From a virus (Duplodnaviria; Caudoviricetes): 27,802 bases of DNA. The notes under the pieces were generated by a model. It was not told the origin of the DNA. It was given only the letters and a program-made list of their open reading frames with translations, and did not search any database. A program made the position numbers and the translations under genes. Positions 14,536 through 23,767 of this stretch are shown piece by piece. Position 1 is the first letter of the stretch. Every line of letters begins with the position of its first letter. Where the stretch lies: positions 1-27,802 of the IMG/VR virus record IMGVR_UViG_3300010376_000109, one strand, 5' to 3'.

Positions 14536-16676
14536 AACCGACCGACCTGGCAACTCTGCTTGGCATCCTGCCGTCGGCCGACTGGCGCGGGCTGAAGGAC
14601 ATGCCCGACGACGCCTTCTTGTTCCCGGGCGTCGTAGGAGTGGGCATTCTTGCCACCCTAGACCTCGTTGTAGGCCCGGCACCGGGCGGGGTAGGGGTCT
14701 TGGGCCAGGTCCAGTACCAGGGCGACACATTCCAAGGCTACACGACTACCGGCTGGGTGCCGTTCACCGGGGGCGGCGGGGGCGGCACCGGACTCTGGAT
14801 CGACGACGGCACGAACCTCAAGCCGGCGACGGCGGGGCGTGGAATCAACCTTGGAGCCGGGAACGCGATCGCGAACTCGTTCTCGCTCGGTACGCCGGGC
14901 GCGATCACGAACAACGGTGGTCGGCTGCACATCGAGGGTCCGAACGGGGTCGAAGTCGTCGGCCTCATGTTGAAGCCGATTGGCGCGATTTTCCCGGTGG
15001 CGGGGACGCTGCAATGGACGGGAACGCTGCTGCAATTCTACGACGGCACGCAGTGGGTCACGATCGCCAACACGGGAGGGCCGCCGGGCGGATCGAACGA
15101 CGCGACGTGGGTGAAGGATACGGTCAGCAACAACATCATGCCCGCCAACCTGACCAGCGGCGGCATCCGGATCACGAACCGGTACGGCTCCTACGCGACG
15201 GGTGGCTATCTTGGACTGGCGATGGGGACCGACGGGACACATCCCAGCGGATTTGAGGTGTATCTCGACGCGTCGTCCACCAGCCTGGTGATCCAGGGCG
15301 GGGACGAGCTAACTCTCAACACGCTGACGAGCGGCAGTGGGACCGTGTTGGGGCTTCATGTATTCAACGACGGCTGCATCGATCTGCCAGATGTGGTGAC
15401 GAGTTACCCGACGCCCACGCATGAGCGGTTGAGCCTGACCGGTGGGATCAAGATTTCCGCTGCGATCAAGGCGCTGGAAGGGACGATCCAGTATTCCGGC
15501 GGCCATTTCTTGGGTCGTCTCTCGACGGGGTGGGTGCAGCTGGACAATGATCCGAACCCGGTGATCACGCTGCCGCCGACGGGCGTGACTCCGGGCCTGT
15601 ACGGCGATGGCATTACGGTCCCGCAGTACAACGTGCACACCGATGGGCGGTTGTACGTCGCCACGAACGTGCCGATCGATTTCCATACGGGGATCGTCAA
15701 TCTCGGTCCCGCCTCTGGTGACGTCACCGGCACCTACCCCATTCTCTACCTGATCGATTTGGTGCCGCCGATTCCGGCGGGGACGTGGGGAGATGCGACC
15801 CATCTGCCAACCTTCACGATCGATACGAAGGGGCGGGTAACACACGCGACGCACACGCTGATTCGGGGTGCGCGGGATCCGATGGCGCGCGTGCTGAAGA
15901 TCGTGGATTGGCGCTACGGGCCGCCCTATGTGTCGTGGTCGCCTAATACGCGTGGGGTCTTGCTGACGCAACAATTCACTCCGCTCGCGACCGGGCGGGG
16001 ATATTATACGGGGTCATTTGGTTGTTGGACAAACCGTGACTCGCCTGCCGGTGTAAACGCGTACCCACTCACGTACGTGCAGGTGTACTTTTATCTGGAC
16101 GGCGTGTTGCAGCAGAACATCGCGCATGGCTGGCGGACGTGGGTGCTTGATGACGGGACGGGTGAAATGCACATCACCTTCCCCTTCTGGTTCCCCTGGA
16201 CGGCGTCCGTTGGCGACATTCACGAAATTCGGATCGAAGTCTCCAACTACAAGAATGCCACGGAGACTGTCGATCCATCTCATCATATGATTCTCTCGAA
16301 CGAGTGGTCGGAACTCGGGATCGAGGAAGATGCGGAACCTGGCGTCGGGACCAACTCGTCCTATCTGTTGGCGGGGGCGATCGGTGGCCCGGTCACGGGA
16401 GGCGTGATTGGGTCGTGGGTTGCGGTGTACACGTTCACATTGCCGGGCGGTCTTGGAGGCAGTTGGGGCCTTTTGAAAGCGCCGGCTGGTACCACGGCGG
16501 ATTTCCCGATTCAGGTGAATGGCGTGATTAAGGGGAATATGCATTGGACTGCTGGCTCAACGCTGGCGACGTTTAGCTTTCCGAGTGCGGTCACGATCGC
16601 CATTGGTGATCTGATCGAGATAGTTGGCGTGACAGGGATCACCGATCCAACGTGGACACTCCGGGGGATACTCTAA
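14532..16676 (+). CDS. tail-fibre/spike-like structural protein (714 aa)
   Basis: GAGGAGG SD; Gly/Thr-rich; 3x G[QT]xQ[YW]xG...WV repeats; 2x GxYGD/GTWGD...P...V/I..DGR/KGR fibre repeats. Confidence 0.75.
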   Translation: MKPTDLATLLGILPSADWRGLKDMPDDAFLFPGVVGVGILATLDLVVGPAPGGVGVLGQVQYQGDTFQGYTTTGWVPFTGGGGGGTGLWIDDGTNLKPATAGRGINLGAGNAIANSFSLGTPGAITNNGGRLHIEGPNGVEVVGLMLKPIGAIFPVAGTLQWTGTLLQFYDGTQWVTIANTGGPPGGSNDATWVKDTVSNNIMPANLTSGGIRITNRYGSYATGGYLGLAMGTDGTHPSGFEVYLDASSTSLVIQGGDELTLNTLTSGSGTVLGLHVFNDGCIDLPDVVTSYPTPTHERLSLTGGIKISAAIKALEGTIQYSGGHFLGRLSTGWVQLDNDPNPVITLPPTGVTPGLYGDGITVPQYNVHTDGRLYVATNVPIDFHTGIVNLGPASGDVTGTYPILYLIDLVPPIPAGTWGDATHLPTFTIDTKGRVTHATHTLIRGARDPMARVLKIVDWRYGPPYVSWSPNTRGVLLTQQFTPLATGRGYYTGSFGCWTNRDSPAGVNAYPLTYVQVYFYLDGVLQQNIAHGWRTWVLDDGTGEMHITFPFWFPWTASVGDIHEIRIEVSNYKNATETVDPSHHMILSNEWSELGIEEDAEPGVGTNSSYLLAGAIGGPVTGGVIGSWVAVYTFTLPGGLGGSWGLLKAPAGTTADFPIQVNGVIKGNMHWTAGSTLATFSFPSAVTIAIGDLIEIVGVTGITDPTWTLRGIL

Positions 16677-18196
16677 TGTGTGCATGGATCGTCGGGGACG
16701 GCTTTGACTACTACAACAGCGTGGCGGATTTGGCCCGCAGTGTGTGGGATAGCTACTCGGCAGGTGCATGGTCTCTCATTACGGGGACGAACACGCGGTT
16801 CAACTACGGGCAGGGAATTCAGGGCGGTGCTGGGGGAAGCGTCACAAAGAACTTCGGGAGCAACGAATCGACGGTCTACGTGGCGCTGGCGTATTACCGG
16901 GCCGGTGCGCTCTCGGGGACGACTGCGGAATGCTACGTGTATCTTCAGGATGGAGCGACGAAGCAATGCACCATCGTCTTCGAGTCCTCCGGGAATATCG
17001 TGCTCAAGTCGGGCTCGGAATCAGGCACGGTGCTGGCGACTTACACCGCCGCTTACGCACAGGACGTCTGGTCCCATTTCCAGATCCGCGTCGTGATCTC
17101 GAACACTGCCGGCTCGATGACGGTCAGGAAGAACGGTTCACCCTCTGACACGTACGCCTCTGCTACTACCCTCAATACCAGAGGTGGCACCACCAATAAC
17201 TATTGCAACACCGCCGTTTTCGTCGGCTGGGCGAATAGCGTCGCACGCTTTGACGATCTCTTGATCTATTCGAGCAGCGGTGGGGCTCCGAACACCTGGG
17301 TTGGGGATACGCGCGCCATTGCACTCATGCCGGCTGGGGATACGGCAACGAAAACCTTCGGGGCGAACCCCGGCACCACAGCCACGTTTGGCGGGGCGGG
17401 GATTGCTGGCGGTGCGCCAAACATTCCTGCGAACACGCTCAATTTTTCTGGCCCGTATACCCCGACACGCGGCGGCACGCTTACCAAGATCACGATCGGC
17501 AACAACGGTGCGGTGACGGGCCATGTCAAAATGGCGATCTACCTGAACGATGGAGTCGGTGGCATTCCCGGTACCCGCATCGCCGTTTCGGACGAGATGA
17601 CGAACCCGCCCTCTAGCGCGAGCTACGACATCACCTTTACCGGTGGTCCGAACCTCTCGCCACTTCGTAGTTACTACTTCGCCTATCTGACTGACACGGC
17701 GGGGAACTGGCAACCCTACGGCGGCGCTGGAGCCGCAGGAACAGCGCGCTATTACGCGACCGTGACTTACGCGTCGGGATTCCCCGCTACAGCCCCGGCG
17801 CTGACAGTACCCGGCGGCAACCAGCATCAGGGGGTCGCCACCCAGAGCGGCAACTGCGTCAACGTCTCCGAACTCATCGCCAACTCGGATACCGACTATG
17901 TGCTCTCGACGACGGTCGGGCAGGAGGATCTCTACGCGATCAGTGCGATCCCGGTGGTTCCCTACGCGATCTATGGCGTCGTTTCCAAAGCCTACATGAA
18001 AAAGTCCGATGCGGGGACGCGCCAGGGGATGCTCCGTACGCGCTCCGGAGCGACGGATGCGAACGGTGTCGATACTGCCGTCAGCCAGACCTACACCTAC
18101 CTCTCCCGTGTAGATACGGTCGATCCCGCGACTGGCACGACGTGGACCGTCGCCGGGGTAAATGCCTTCTTGATCGGCCAGAAATGTACGCTCTAG
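16676..18196 (+). CDS. virion structural protein (506 aa), lectin/beta-sandwich type
   Basis: TAATG coupling; N-terminal DGFDYY, FDDLLI, C-terminal DPATGTTWTVAGVNA as in phage minor tail proteins. Confidence 0.75.
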   Translation: MCAWIVGDGFDYYNSVADLARSVWDSYSAGAWSLITGTNTRFNYGQGIQGGAGGSVTKNFGSNESTVYVALAYYRAGALSGTTAECYVYLQDGATKQCTIVFESSGNIVLKSGSESGTVLATYTAAYAQDVWSHFQIRVVISNTAGSMTVRKNGSPSDTYASATTLNTRGGTTNNYCNTAVFVGWANSVARFDDLLIYSSSGGAPNTWVGDTRAIALMPAGDTATKTFGANPGTTATFGGAGIAGGAPNIPANTLNFSGPYTPTRGGTLTKITIGNNGAVTGHVKMAIYLNDGVGGIPGTRIAVSDEMTNPPSSASYDITFTGGPNLSPLRSYYFAYLTDTAGNWQPYGGAGAAGTARYYATVTYASGFPATAPALTVPGGNQHQGVATQSGNCVNVSELIANSDTDYVLSTTVGQEDLYAISAIPVVPYAIYGVVSKAYMKKSDAGTRQGMLRTRSGATDANGVDTAVSQTYTYLSRVDTVDPATGTTWTVAGVNAFLIGQKCTL

Positions 18197-18199
18197 CCG

Positions 18200-18472
18200 A
18201 TGACCGACCTTCGCTCCTCCCAGGTTCTCTCCGAACTTTGGGTTACGGACACAACCGGGACGGAGTTGCGCTCCTCGCAGGTGGTCGCGGAACTTTGGAT
18301 CCAGAATCAGCCCCCGACCGACGTCCGCAGCTCGCAGAATCTTGCCGAAGCGTGGATGACGGTTGTGTCGCCAGGAGTTGAATTGCATTCCTCGCAGGTG
18401 CTGGCCGAGGTGTGGATTGGCGGAGCGCCATTGCCGCCGCAACCGATGCGGGTCGCTGCACAGGTGATCTGA
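18200..18472 (+). CDS. 90-aa protein of four 19-20-aa [LV][RH]SSQ..E.W repeats
   Basis: TDLRSSQVLSELW / TELRSSQVVAELW / TDVRSSQNLAEAW / VELHSSQVLAEVW. Confidence 0.75.
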   Translation: MTDLRSSQVLSELWVTDTTGTELRSSQVVAELWIQNQPPTDVRSSQNLAEAWMTVVSPGVELHSSQVLAEVWIGGAPLPPQPMRVAAQVI

Positions 18473-18663
18473 TGAATGTCGAAACGCGGATCAAGGAACT
18501 CGAAGCACAGCTGAACGAGCAGGTGACGCGGAAGCAGAATCTGCGGCTGGCGCTGCGGCAAGCGGGTGTGATCATCGAACGGCTGCAGGGCGCACTCGCG
18601 TTTGCGCGCGAGATGCAGGTGAACGGCAAGGGAGAACAGCCATGCGAACCGTCATCGGACTGA
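18472..18663 (+). CDS. 63-aa coiled-coil protein (possible fibre chaperone)
   Basis: TGATG coupling; RIKELEAQLNEQV...IERLQGAL. Confidence 0.7.
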   Translation: MNVETRIKELEAQLNEQVTRKQNLRLALRQAGVIIERLQGALAFAREMQVNGKGEQPCEPSSD

Positions 18664-19043
18664 TCCTTGCGCTCGCGCTCGCGAGCAGCGCGCAGGCGGC
18701 GTCCCTCGATGTGTCCACCGCGCAGGCGGCGCAATTCGTGACGGCGCAGACCGCGACCGGTGTGTCCACGAACACGCTGCACGTTGGACGCATGAAATTC
18801 CGTACCTTGATCGTGACGATGTGGAATACGGCGGGGACTGCTACTGCGCAATTGGAGATCAACTGCGTGGGCGCAACAACCGCGACTGGCTGGGCGCTGG
18901 TCGCGAATAGCGTGACGAACCTTACTGTGTCCACGGCGGCGCTCGATACCGTGTACCCGGCGTGCGACTACCGCTTGAACGTGACGGCATGCTCCACCTG
19001 TAGCGTGAATGCACACTACTACGTGGGGCCGGATATTCAGTGA
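18642..19043 (+). CDS. signal-peptide-bearing beta-sandwich protein
   Basis: MRTVIGLILALALASSAQA; 4 Cys; AAGGGAG SD. Confidence 0.8.
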   Translation: MRTVIGLILALALASSAQAASLDVSTAQAAQFVTAQTATGVSTNTLHVGRMKFRTLIVTMWNTAGTATAQLEINCVGATTATGWALVANSVTNLTVSTAALDTVYPACDYRLNVTACSTCSVNAHYYVGPDIQ

Positions 19044-19885
19044 TCCCGCTGCGACAAGTGTTCCGGCAGGCGCTCTATGATGCGCTGCACGGTCCCTTGT
19101 CGTTTGGGATCACGATCTGGATCATCTGGTTCCTGCTGGTGCTCTGCGCGCAGGCGTGGGGACAGATGCGCGGGCCGACGCAGATTGGAGTATTCGGGCC
19201 GAGTCGGGCGGGTGGTGAATCGCAGAATACGACCACTACCGTGGTGACGACAACGACGGTGGCGGCATCGACGACCACGACGGCGAGTGCGACATCTACG
19301 ACGTCCAGCACGACCAGCACGACGTCTCCCTGGCCGGCGACGGATGTGTTCAACCGGGCAGGACCGGCGCTCGGCGCATCATGGACGACACCATTCACGG
19401 CATATCCGATCGCGCCGATTATCACGGCGAACGCAGCGACGGGACAGGTGGGCACGGTGGGACTGGCCGTGTGGAGTGTGGCGCAGCCGCAGAACGACAG
19501 CTTTGCCGAAGGGCAGGTGATCTGGGCCAGCGGGGACACGGGCTCGATGGTGGGCGCGTGCTTGACGGTACCGTCCGCGCAGGACGCGGCGTGCTGCATC
19601 CTGAATCAAGGCTGGTACTCCTTCCAAGTGGCCGACAACGGCGGCTCGCTGACAGAACAGAACCGCAATAGCGTGGCGTTCTCGTCGGGGGATTGGATCG
19701 CAATTACGCGCTCGGGTGCGCAGACGTTCCAGTGTTATTCCTCGAAAGACGGTACGACGTGGACAGCGCGCGGCACGCCGCAGACCGTTACCACCATGGA
19801 CCCTGGCGGCGTGCCGGGCTTTACCGTGACCAGCAACGGTAAGAGTCTTGACCAGTGGAAGGGTGGTTTGGGGGCGACGCCATGA
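19040..19885 (+). CDS. exported protein with Thr/Ser linker and lectin-like beta domain
   Basis: Hydrophobic ITIWIIWFLLVLCAQAWG; ~30-aa T/S tract; DVFNRAGPALGASWT domain start. Confidence 0.75.
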   Translation: MIPLRQVFRQALYDALHGPLSFGITIWIIWFLLVLCAQAWGQMRGPTQIGVFGPSRAGGESQNTTTTVVTTTTVAASTTTTASATSTTSSTTSTTSPWPATDVFNRAGPALGASWTTPFTAYPIAPIITANAATGQVGTVGLAVWSVAQPQNDSFAEGQVIWASGDTGSMVGACLTVPSAQDAACCILNQGWYSFQVADNGGSLTEQNRNSVAFSSGDWIAITRSGAQTFQCYSSKDGTTWTARGTPQTVTTMDPGGVPGFTVTSNGKSLDQWKGGLGATP

Positions 19886-20541
19886 TCTGGCGTTTCCTCG
19901 TGCTCTTGCTGGCTGCGCCTGCATGGGCGCAGCTGAGTCCGGGACCGACGTCGGTCGGTGGTGGCCCAGCCTACAATGTGAATACAGCAGCAGGGACGAC
20001 CACGATCGTGCCTGCCGCCATGAACACCGACTCGAACTGTCCTGCGACCATCCCCAGCCAGACGGGCGGGACGGCGGGTGGCGTCGGGGTTCTTACTGCC
20101 GGGATCACTTGTCCGACGCCGGCAGCGACGACGACGGTCCTCTCGATCTCGTTCTTCGCCACCACGGGCACTTCGGGTGCGCACCAGAAGTGCTCGGTCT
20201 ACACTTATCCCGCTGGCTACGTCGCTGGCACGACGTCGGTTCCGAAGGTCGCGTCCGGCTGTGACACAGTTGAGTGGACCGCGCCCGGCGCGACGACCAA
20301 CGCCTGGGTGACGTTGGCAACGACAGGCACCTGCACGTTGGCGGCGAGCACGCGCTACCAGATCGGCTGCAATCAGGATGTCGCCTATGGCACTGGCTTT
20401 AACAACACCTGCACGCTTGGTGGCGTCCTGTGTAACCAGCAGAAAACTGGACTCACCTACGCGACGGGTGCGCTCCCCGATCCGTGGATCGCGAACAATC
20501 AGAACTCCTATACGCCGCAGTTCTACATGACGGTGCACTGA
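19882..20541 (+). CDS. secreted Thr/Cys-rich beta protein (219 aa)
   Basis: ATGA overlap; MIWRFLVLLLAAPAWA-Q; 8 Cys. Confidence 0.8.
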   Translation: MIWRFLVLLLAAPAWAQLSPGPTSVGGGPAYNVNTAAGTTTIVPAAMNTDSNCPATIPSQTGGTAGGVGVLTAGITCPTPAATTTVLSISFFATTGTSGAHQKCSVYTYPAGYVAGTTSVPKVASGCDTVEWTAPGATTNAWVTLATTGTCTLAASTRYQIGCNQDVAYGTGFNNTCTLGGVLCNQQKTGLTYATGALPDPWIANNQNSYTPQFYMTVH

Positions 20542-21422
20542 TGCATCCGGTGGCACTCGTCCTTCCGCTCTGCTTGCAGAATATCGGGGATGCGATCGTG
20601 CTGGCCCCGACGTCGCCTGTGAACATGAACGGCGCGATTGATTCTTCCATGGAGCCTTTGGGGCCGATTTTCATCGATCATCCGACTACCGTGGGACAGG
20701 ATCAGGTAAACACGAATGTGCTGGCGGAAACCGGCCAGCTGGAACTCCACGCGGCTCCGCAGTTTCGGATTGGCTTCGATCTCACGGTGCGGACGACTAT
20801 CCTCGCCATGGCGGTGAGCTACGGCCTCACGGATCGCCTCGATGCGAGTCTCGTATTGCCGATCATTCAGGAGCAGGTTGATGCTCAAGTGACCATCGGG
20901 CCATTCGCCGGGCACACGGCATTCTCCGCAGCTGGCGTGAGTGATCTGAGCGTGCGGCTCAAGTACCGATTTTATCCGCATCTGGCTGCGACACTGCAAA
21001 CGATCTTTCCAACCGGCGATATGACGCGCGGCTTCGGTACCGGGAATTACTGGCTGGTGCCGGGACTGGCTGCTGATCTGCCGCTCGGGAAGCGCGTGCT
21101 GCTCAATGCGCAGGTGGCGGGGAACGTGAACCTGTCGGACGCGAACCACTCCGGCATGAATTACGGCGTTGGCGTCTCGACGCGAGTGGGACCGGTGGCG
21201 CTGGTGGCGGAATTTCTCGGGAGTGTGGGCGTGCAGAATGCGCTCACGCTCTTTGATGTCACCTACGGTGACGGTGCGACGCTCGATCTGGCCTTTGGAA
21301 TCCGAGCACCACTCCCGCACGGCTTCGTGGTGTTCGCGGCGGGAACCTATGCGCTCGATCACGACGGCATTCGCCCTGCTGGTGTGTCTCCCGTGTTGGG
21401 CATCGGCTGGAATGTGCCATGA
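20541..21422 (+). CDS. outer-membrane beta-barrel, phenol MetA-pathway 'transporter'-like
   Basis: [36 protein letters not shown]...GFGTG, alternating strands, terminal LGIGWNVP; no clear signal peptide. Confidence 0.7.
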   Translation: MHPVALVLPLCLQNIGDAIVLAPTSPVNMNGAIDSSMEPLGPIFIDHPTTVGQDQVNTNVLAETGQLELHAAPQFRIGFDLTVRTTILAMAVSYGLTDRLDASLVLPIIQEQVDAQVTIGPFAGHTAFSAAGVSDLSVRLKYRFYPHLAATLQTIFPTGDMTRGFGTGNYWLVPGLAADLPLGKRVLLNAQVAGNVNLSDANHSGMNYGVGVSTRVGPVALVAEFLGSVGVQNALTLFDVTYGDGATLDLAFGIRAPLPHGFVVFAAGTYALDHDGIRPAGVSPVLGIGWNVP

Positions 21423-22020
21423 CATGACGCTGCACCTCGTCAAGAAGTGCAACCTGTGCCCGGCGGCTCCCGGACCAACCGGCCCGATGGGACCGATCGG
21501 CCTCACGGGGGCGGCTGGACCCCCGGGCTCGCCAGGAGCCACAGGAGCCTCGGGAACGCCGGGAGTGGCCGGTGACACTGGCCCCCCGGGTCAGCAGGGC
21601 TCTCCGGGGCTCTCTGGCCCTCCAGGGGCCACTGGCATCGCCGGTCCGCCGGGACCGACTGGATTCTCTGGCCCTACAGGGCCGACAGGACCGATCGGGC
21701 CGGCGGGCGCATTGGGTCCGACCGGGCCGACTGGCGCGAGCGGGAGCGGAGCCGTGACGGCGCGGAGTGCAAGCACCGCGTTCCTTCGGCCCGGGACGAC
21801 CGATCAGATCACGGCCACCGCAGACTGCGAGGCTGGCGAGCAGGTGGTCGGGGGCGGCATGACGGTCGCGACGAGTGATCCGGACGACGCCGATGCGTTT
21901 CACATGCAGCAGAGCGGCCCGACGGAAACCGGTTGGCTCGGTGCGGTTGAACCGATCCGGCGGTTCAGTCCGGGTAGCGTGCTCACGCTGACGGTGACTG
22001 CGTACTGCAGGGGGGGCTGA
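21349..22020 (+). CDS. secreted collagen-like protein
   Basis: Signal [20 protein letters not shown]; about 30 G-X-Y triplets; C-terminal [15 protein letters not shown]...TVTAYC domain. Confidence 0.8.
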   Translation: MRSITTAFALLVCLPCWASAGMCHDMTLHLVKKCNLCPAAPGPTGPMGPIGLTGAAGPPGSPGATGASGTPGVAGDTGPPGQQGSPGLSGPPGATGIAGPPGPTGFSGPTGPTGPIGPAGALGPTGPTGASGSGAVTARSASTAFLRPGTTDQITATADCEAGEQVVGGGMTVATSDPDDADAFHMQQSGPTETGWLGAVEPIRRFSPGSVLTLTVTAYCRGG

Positions 22021-22032
22021 GCCGGTGTCACC

Positions 22033-22221
22033 ATGGAGAAGCGTGCAGTGGATCGATTGCTCGATCAGCTTACGACGCCGACCCATTGCCGGAACGGACA
22101 CCCGTTCGATGGGTGGCGTCAGCGCAAGGGCAACAAGCGCGGACGCTATTGTTTGCAGTGTAATCGCGTCTCGTTTCAGCGTTGGTACGACGTGCATAAG
22201 CGCAAAGTGAGGGTGCCATGA
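22033..22221 (+). CDS. stand-alone THCxxGH...RxCxxC zinc-finger protein
   Basis: THCRNGHPF...RYCLQCNR, a motif usually at the C-terminus of phage HNH proteins. Confidence 0.65.
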   Translation: MEKRAVDRLLDQLTTPTHCRNGHPFDGWRQRKGNKRGRYCLQCNRVSFQRWYDVHKRKVRVP

Positions 22222-22811
22222 TTCATCGTCACTATTTTTTCGATAGCGTGCGGGCCTACCTCGACGCGGACAAGTCGTTGAACCAGGGACAGGTGGACGG
22301 GTTGAATCTGCTGCTCGCGTTCTACGAAGCCGACGATCCCCCGGAAGGGGATTTCGACGATCGGATGTTCGCCTACATTCTCGCCACAACCTGGCATGAG
22401 ACGGCATTCACTTGTCAGCCAATTGCCGAATACGGGAAGGGGAAAGGCAAGCCGTATGGCGTCCCAGACCCGCAGACCGGGCAGACGTACTACGGCCGAG
22501 GCTACGTGCAATTGACATGGAAGGAAAACTATCAGCGGCAGGATACCAAGCTGGGACTCGGCGGCAGGCTAGTCGCGAACGCGGATCTAGCACTCGACCC
22601 GGAAATTGCGGCGCAGATTCTGTTTGGGGGGATGTTCGATGGCGATTTTACGGGCAAGCGCCTGGTCGATTTCTTCACTGTCGATTTGACGGATTGGTAC
22701 AACGCGCGGACTATTGTGAATGCACACGATCAGGCGACAACGATTGCGGGATATGCCGAGAAGTTCTTGAACGCAATCTCGCATACGTTCCCGCCCCCGA
22801 GGGCGGCGTGA
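22218..22811 (+). CDS. endolysin, GH19/lysozyme-like
   Basis: AYILATTWHET, PIAEYG, YYGRGYVQLTWKENY, ARTIVN. Confidence 0.85.
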   Translation: MIHRHYFFDSVRAYLDADKSLNQGQVDGLNLLLAFYEADDPPEGDFDDRMFAYILATTWHETAFTCQPIAEYGKGKGKPYGVPDPQTGQTYYGRGYVQLTWKENYQRQDTKLGLGGRLVANADLALDPEIAAQILFGGMFDGDFTGKRLVDFFTVDLTDWYNARTIVNAHDQATTIAGYAEKFLNAISHTFPPPRAA

Positions 22812-22815
22812 TGGC

Positions 22816-22971
22816 ATGGATCGGATCGCTCATCTCGAAAATCTTCGCCTGGTGGTACTCGCGTATCTCGAAGCGAAACTCCGCGACCAAGACTGGCACG
22901 GCGTCTGCGACGCCGCCACCGACCTCCGAGAAATCGACGCCGAACTCCGAGGGATCAGGGGACGGCCATGA
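22816..22971 (+). CDS. 51-aa helical phage protein
   Basis: MDRIAHLENLRLVVLAYLEAKLRDQDWHGVCDAATDLREIDAELR; ATGA overlap with the next gene. Confidence 0.6.
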   Translation: MDRIAHLENLRLVVLAYLEAKLRDQDWHGVCDAATDLREIDAELRGIRGRP

Positions 22972-23324
22972 CCAACGGTGAGTGTCCAGCCTGCCAAGTG
23001 CTGCGGGAAGAACTCGCGACGGTGCGGGCGGAGCGGAAGGAACTCATGGATCGGCTGATGGCGGCACTCTCGCCGCCGGCTTACCAAGCGTTCTCCGGCG
23101 TGCCGGCGGCCGGGCAGGCTATCAGCGGAGCCGTGAACACCGTGGTGGATGCGCAGGGGAACGTCTGGGTCGAGGTGGGCGGCAAGCTGGTCTCGCAGGC
23201 GGAGTGGCAAAGGCTCGCGGCTGGAGCAGTCTATCTGGATGAAACGGGGCGACCCGTGGCGGCGGAAGAAGTAGATCGGGCGATGGACAAGCTGGGCGAA
23301 ATGCTCGGGGGAGGAAAGACATGA
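22968..23324 (+). CDS. hypothetical protein (118 aa) with CPAC and coiled coil
   Basis: AGGGG SD; coupled at both ends. Confidence 0.7.
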   Translation: MTNGECPACQVLREELATVRAERKELMDRLMAALSPPAYQAFSGVPAAGQAISGAVNTVVDAQGNVWVEVGGKLVSQAEWQRLAAGAVYLDETGRPVAAEEVDRAMDKLGEMLGGGKT

Positions 23325-23767
23325 AGCGGATTCTCGGGACGCTCCTGCTGCTCATCGCGGCGCAGGCGCAAGCGACAATCGTGTGGACGGTGACTAAACC
23401 GTCGGACTGTACGGCGGCGGCAGCGCCTTCGGGGTGTTGTATCGCCGCTGCTCCGGCGGCGAATCCGGCGTGCCTGCTGCGGAACACGGCGGGGACGATC
23501 ACCTCCATGCGTGCGGATCTGCGCTCGGACGGCGGCACGTACACCCTCGGCGGTGACACGCTGAGCAGTACGGCGCTCGGGCTGCTGGGGCTGACCACGA
23601 TCCAGTACGCCAACTGCTGGATCAGCAATGGCGGCGAGGTAATCACGACCGTGGACGTGACCGGAAAGCTGGTCAAGTTTCGCATCTGGAGCACGGCGGG
23701 CACGGAACAGACGGCGGCGGCGATCGCGACGTCGGTGTACCTCGTCTGCGATTTCTACGGGCGGTAA
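23321..23767 (+). CDS. signal-peptide-bearing protein resembling phage head-decoration/cement proteins
   Basis: GGAGG SD; MKRILGTLLLLIAAQAQA; YTLGGDTLSSTALGL...KFRIWSTAGTEQ...CDFYGR; 6 Cys. Confidence 0.7.
   Translation: MKRILGTLLLLIAAQAQATIVWTVTKPSDCTAAAAPSGCCIAAAPAANPACLLRNTAGTITSMRADLRSDGGTYTLGGDTLSSTALGLLGLTTIQYANCWISNGGEVITTVDVTGKLVKFRIWSTAGTEQTAAAIATSVYLVCDFYGR

Noticed and set aside
18203-18420. About 57-nt periodic CTCCTCGCAGGT repeats as a possible CRISPR or DGR
   Set aside because: Degenerate at synonymous sites and in frame, so protein repeats; no cas or reverse transcriptase gene seen
21460-21750. Periodic repeats that could look like an array
   Set aside because: 9-nt G-X-Y collagen periodicity, not CRISPR or a DNA repeat array
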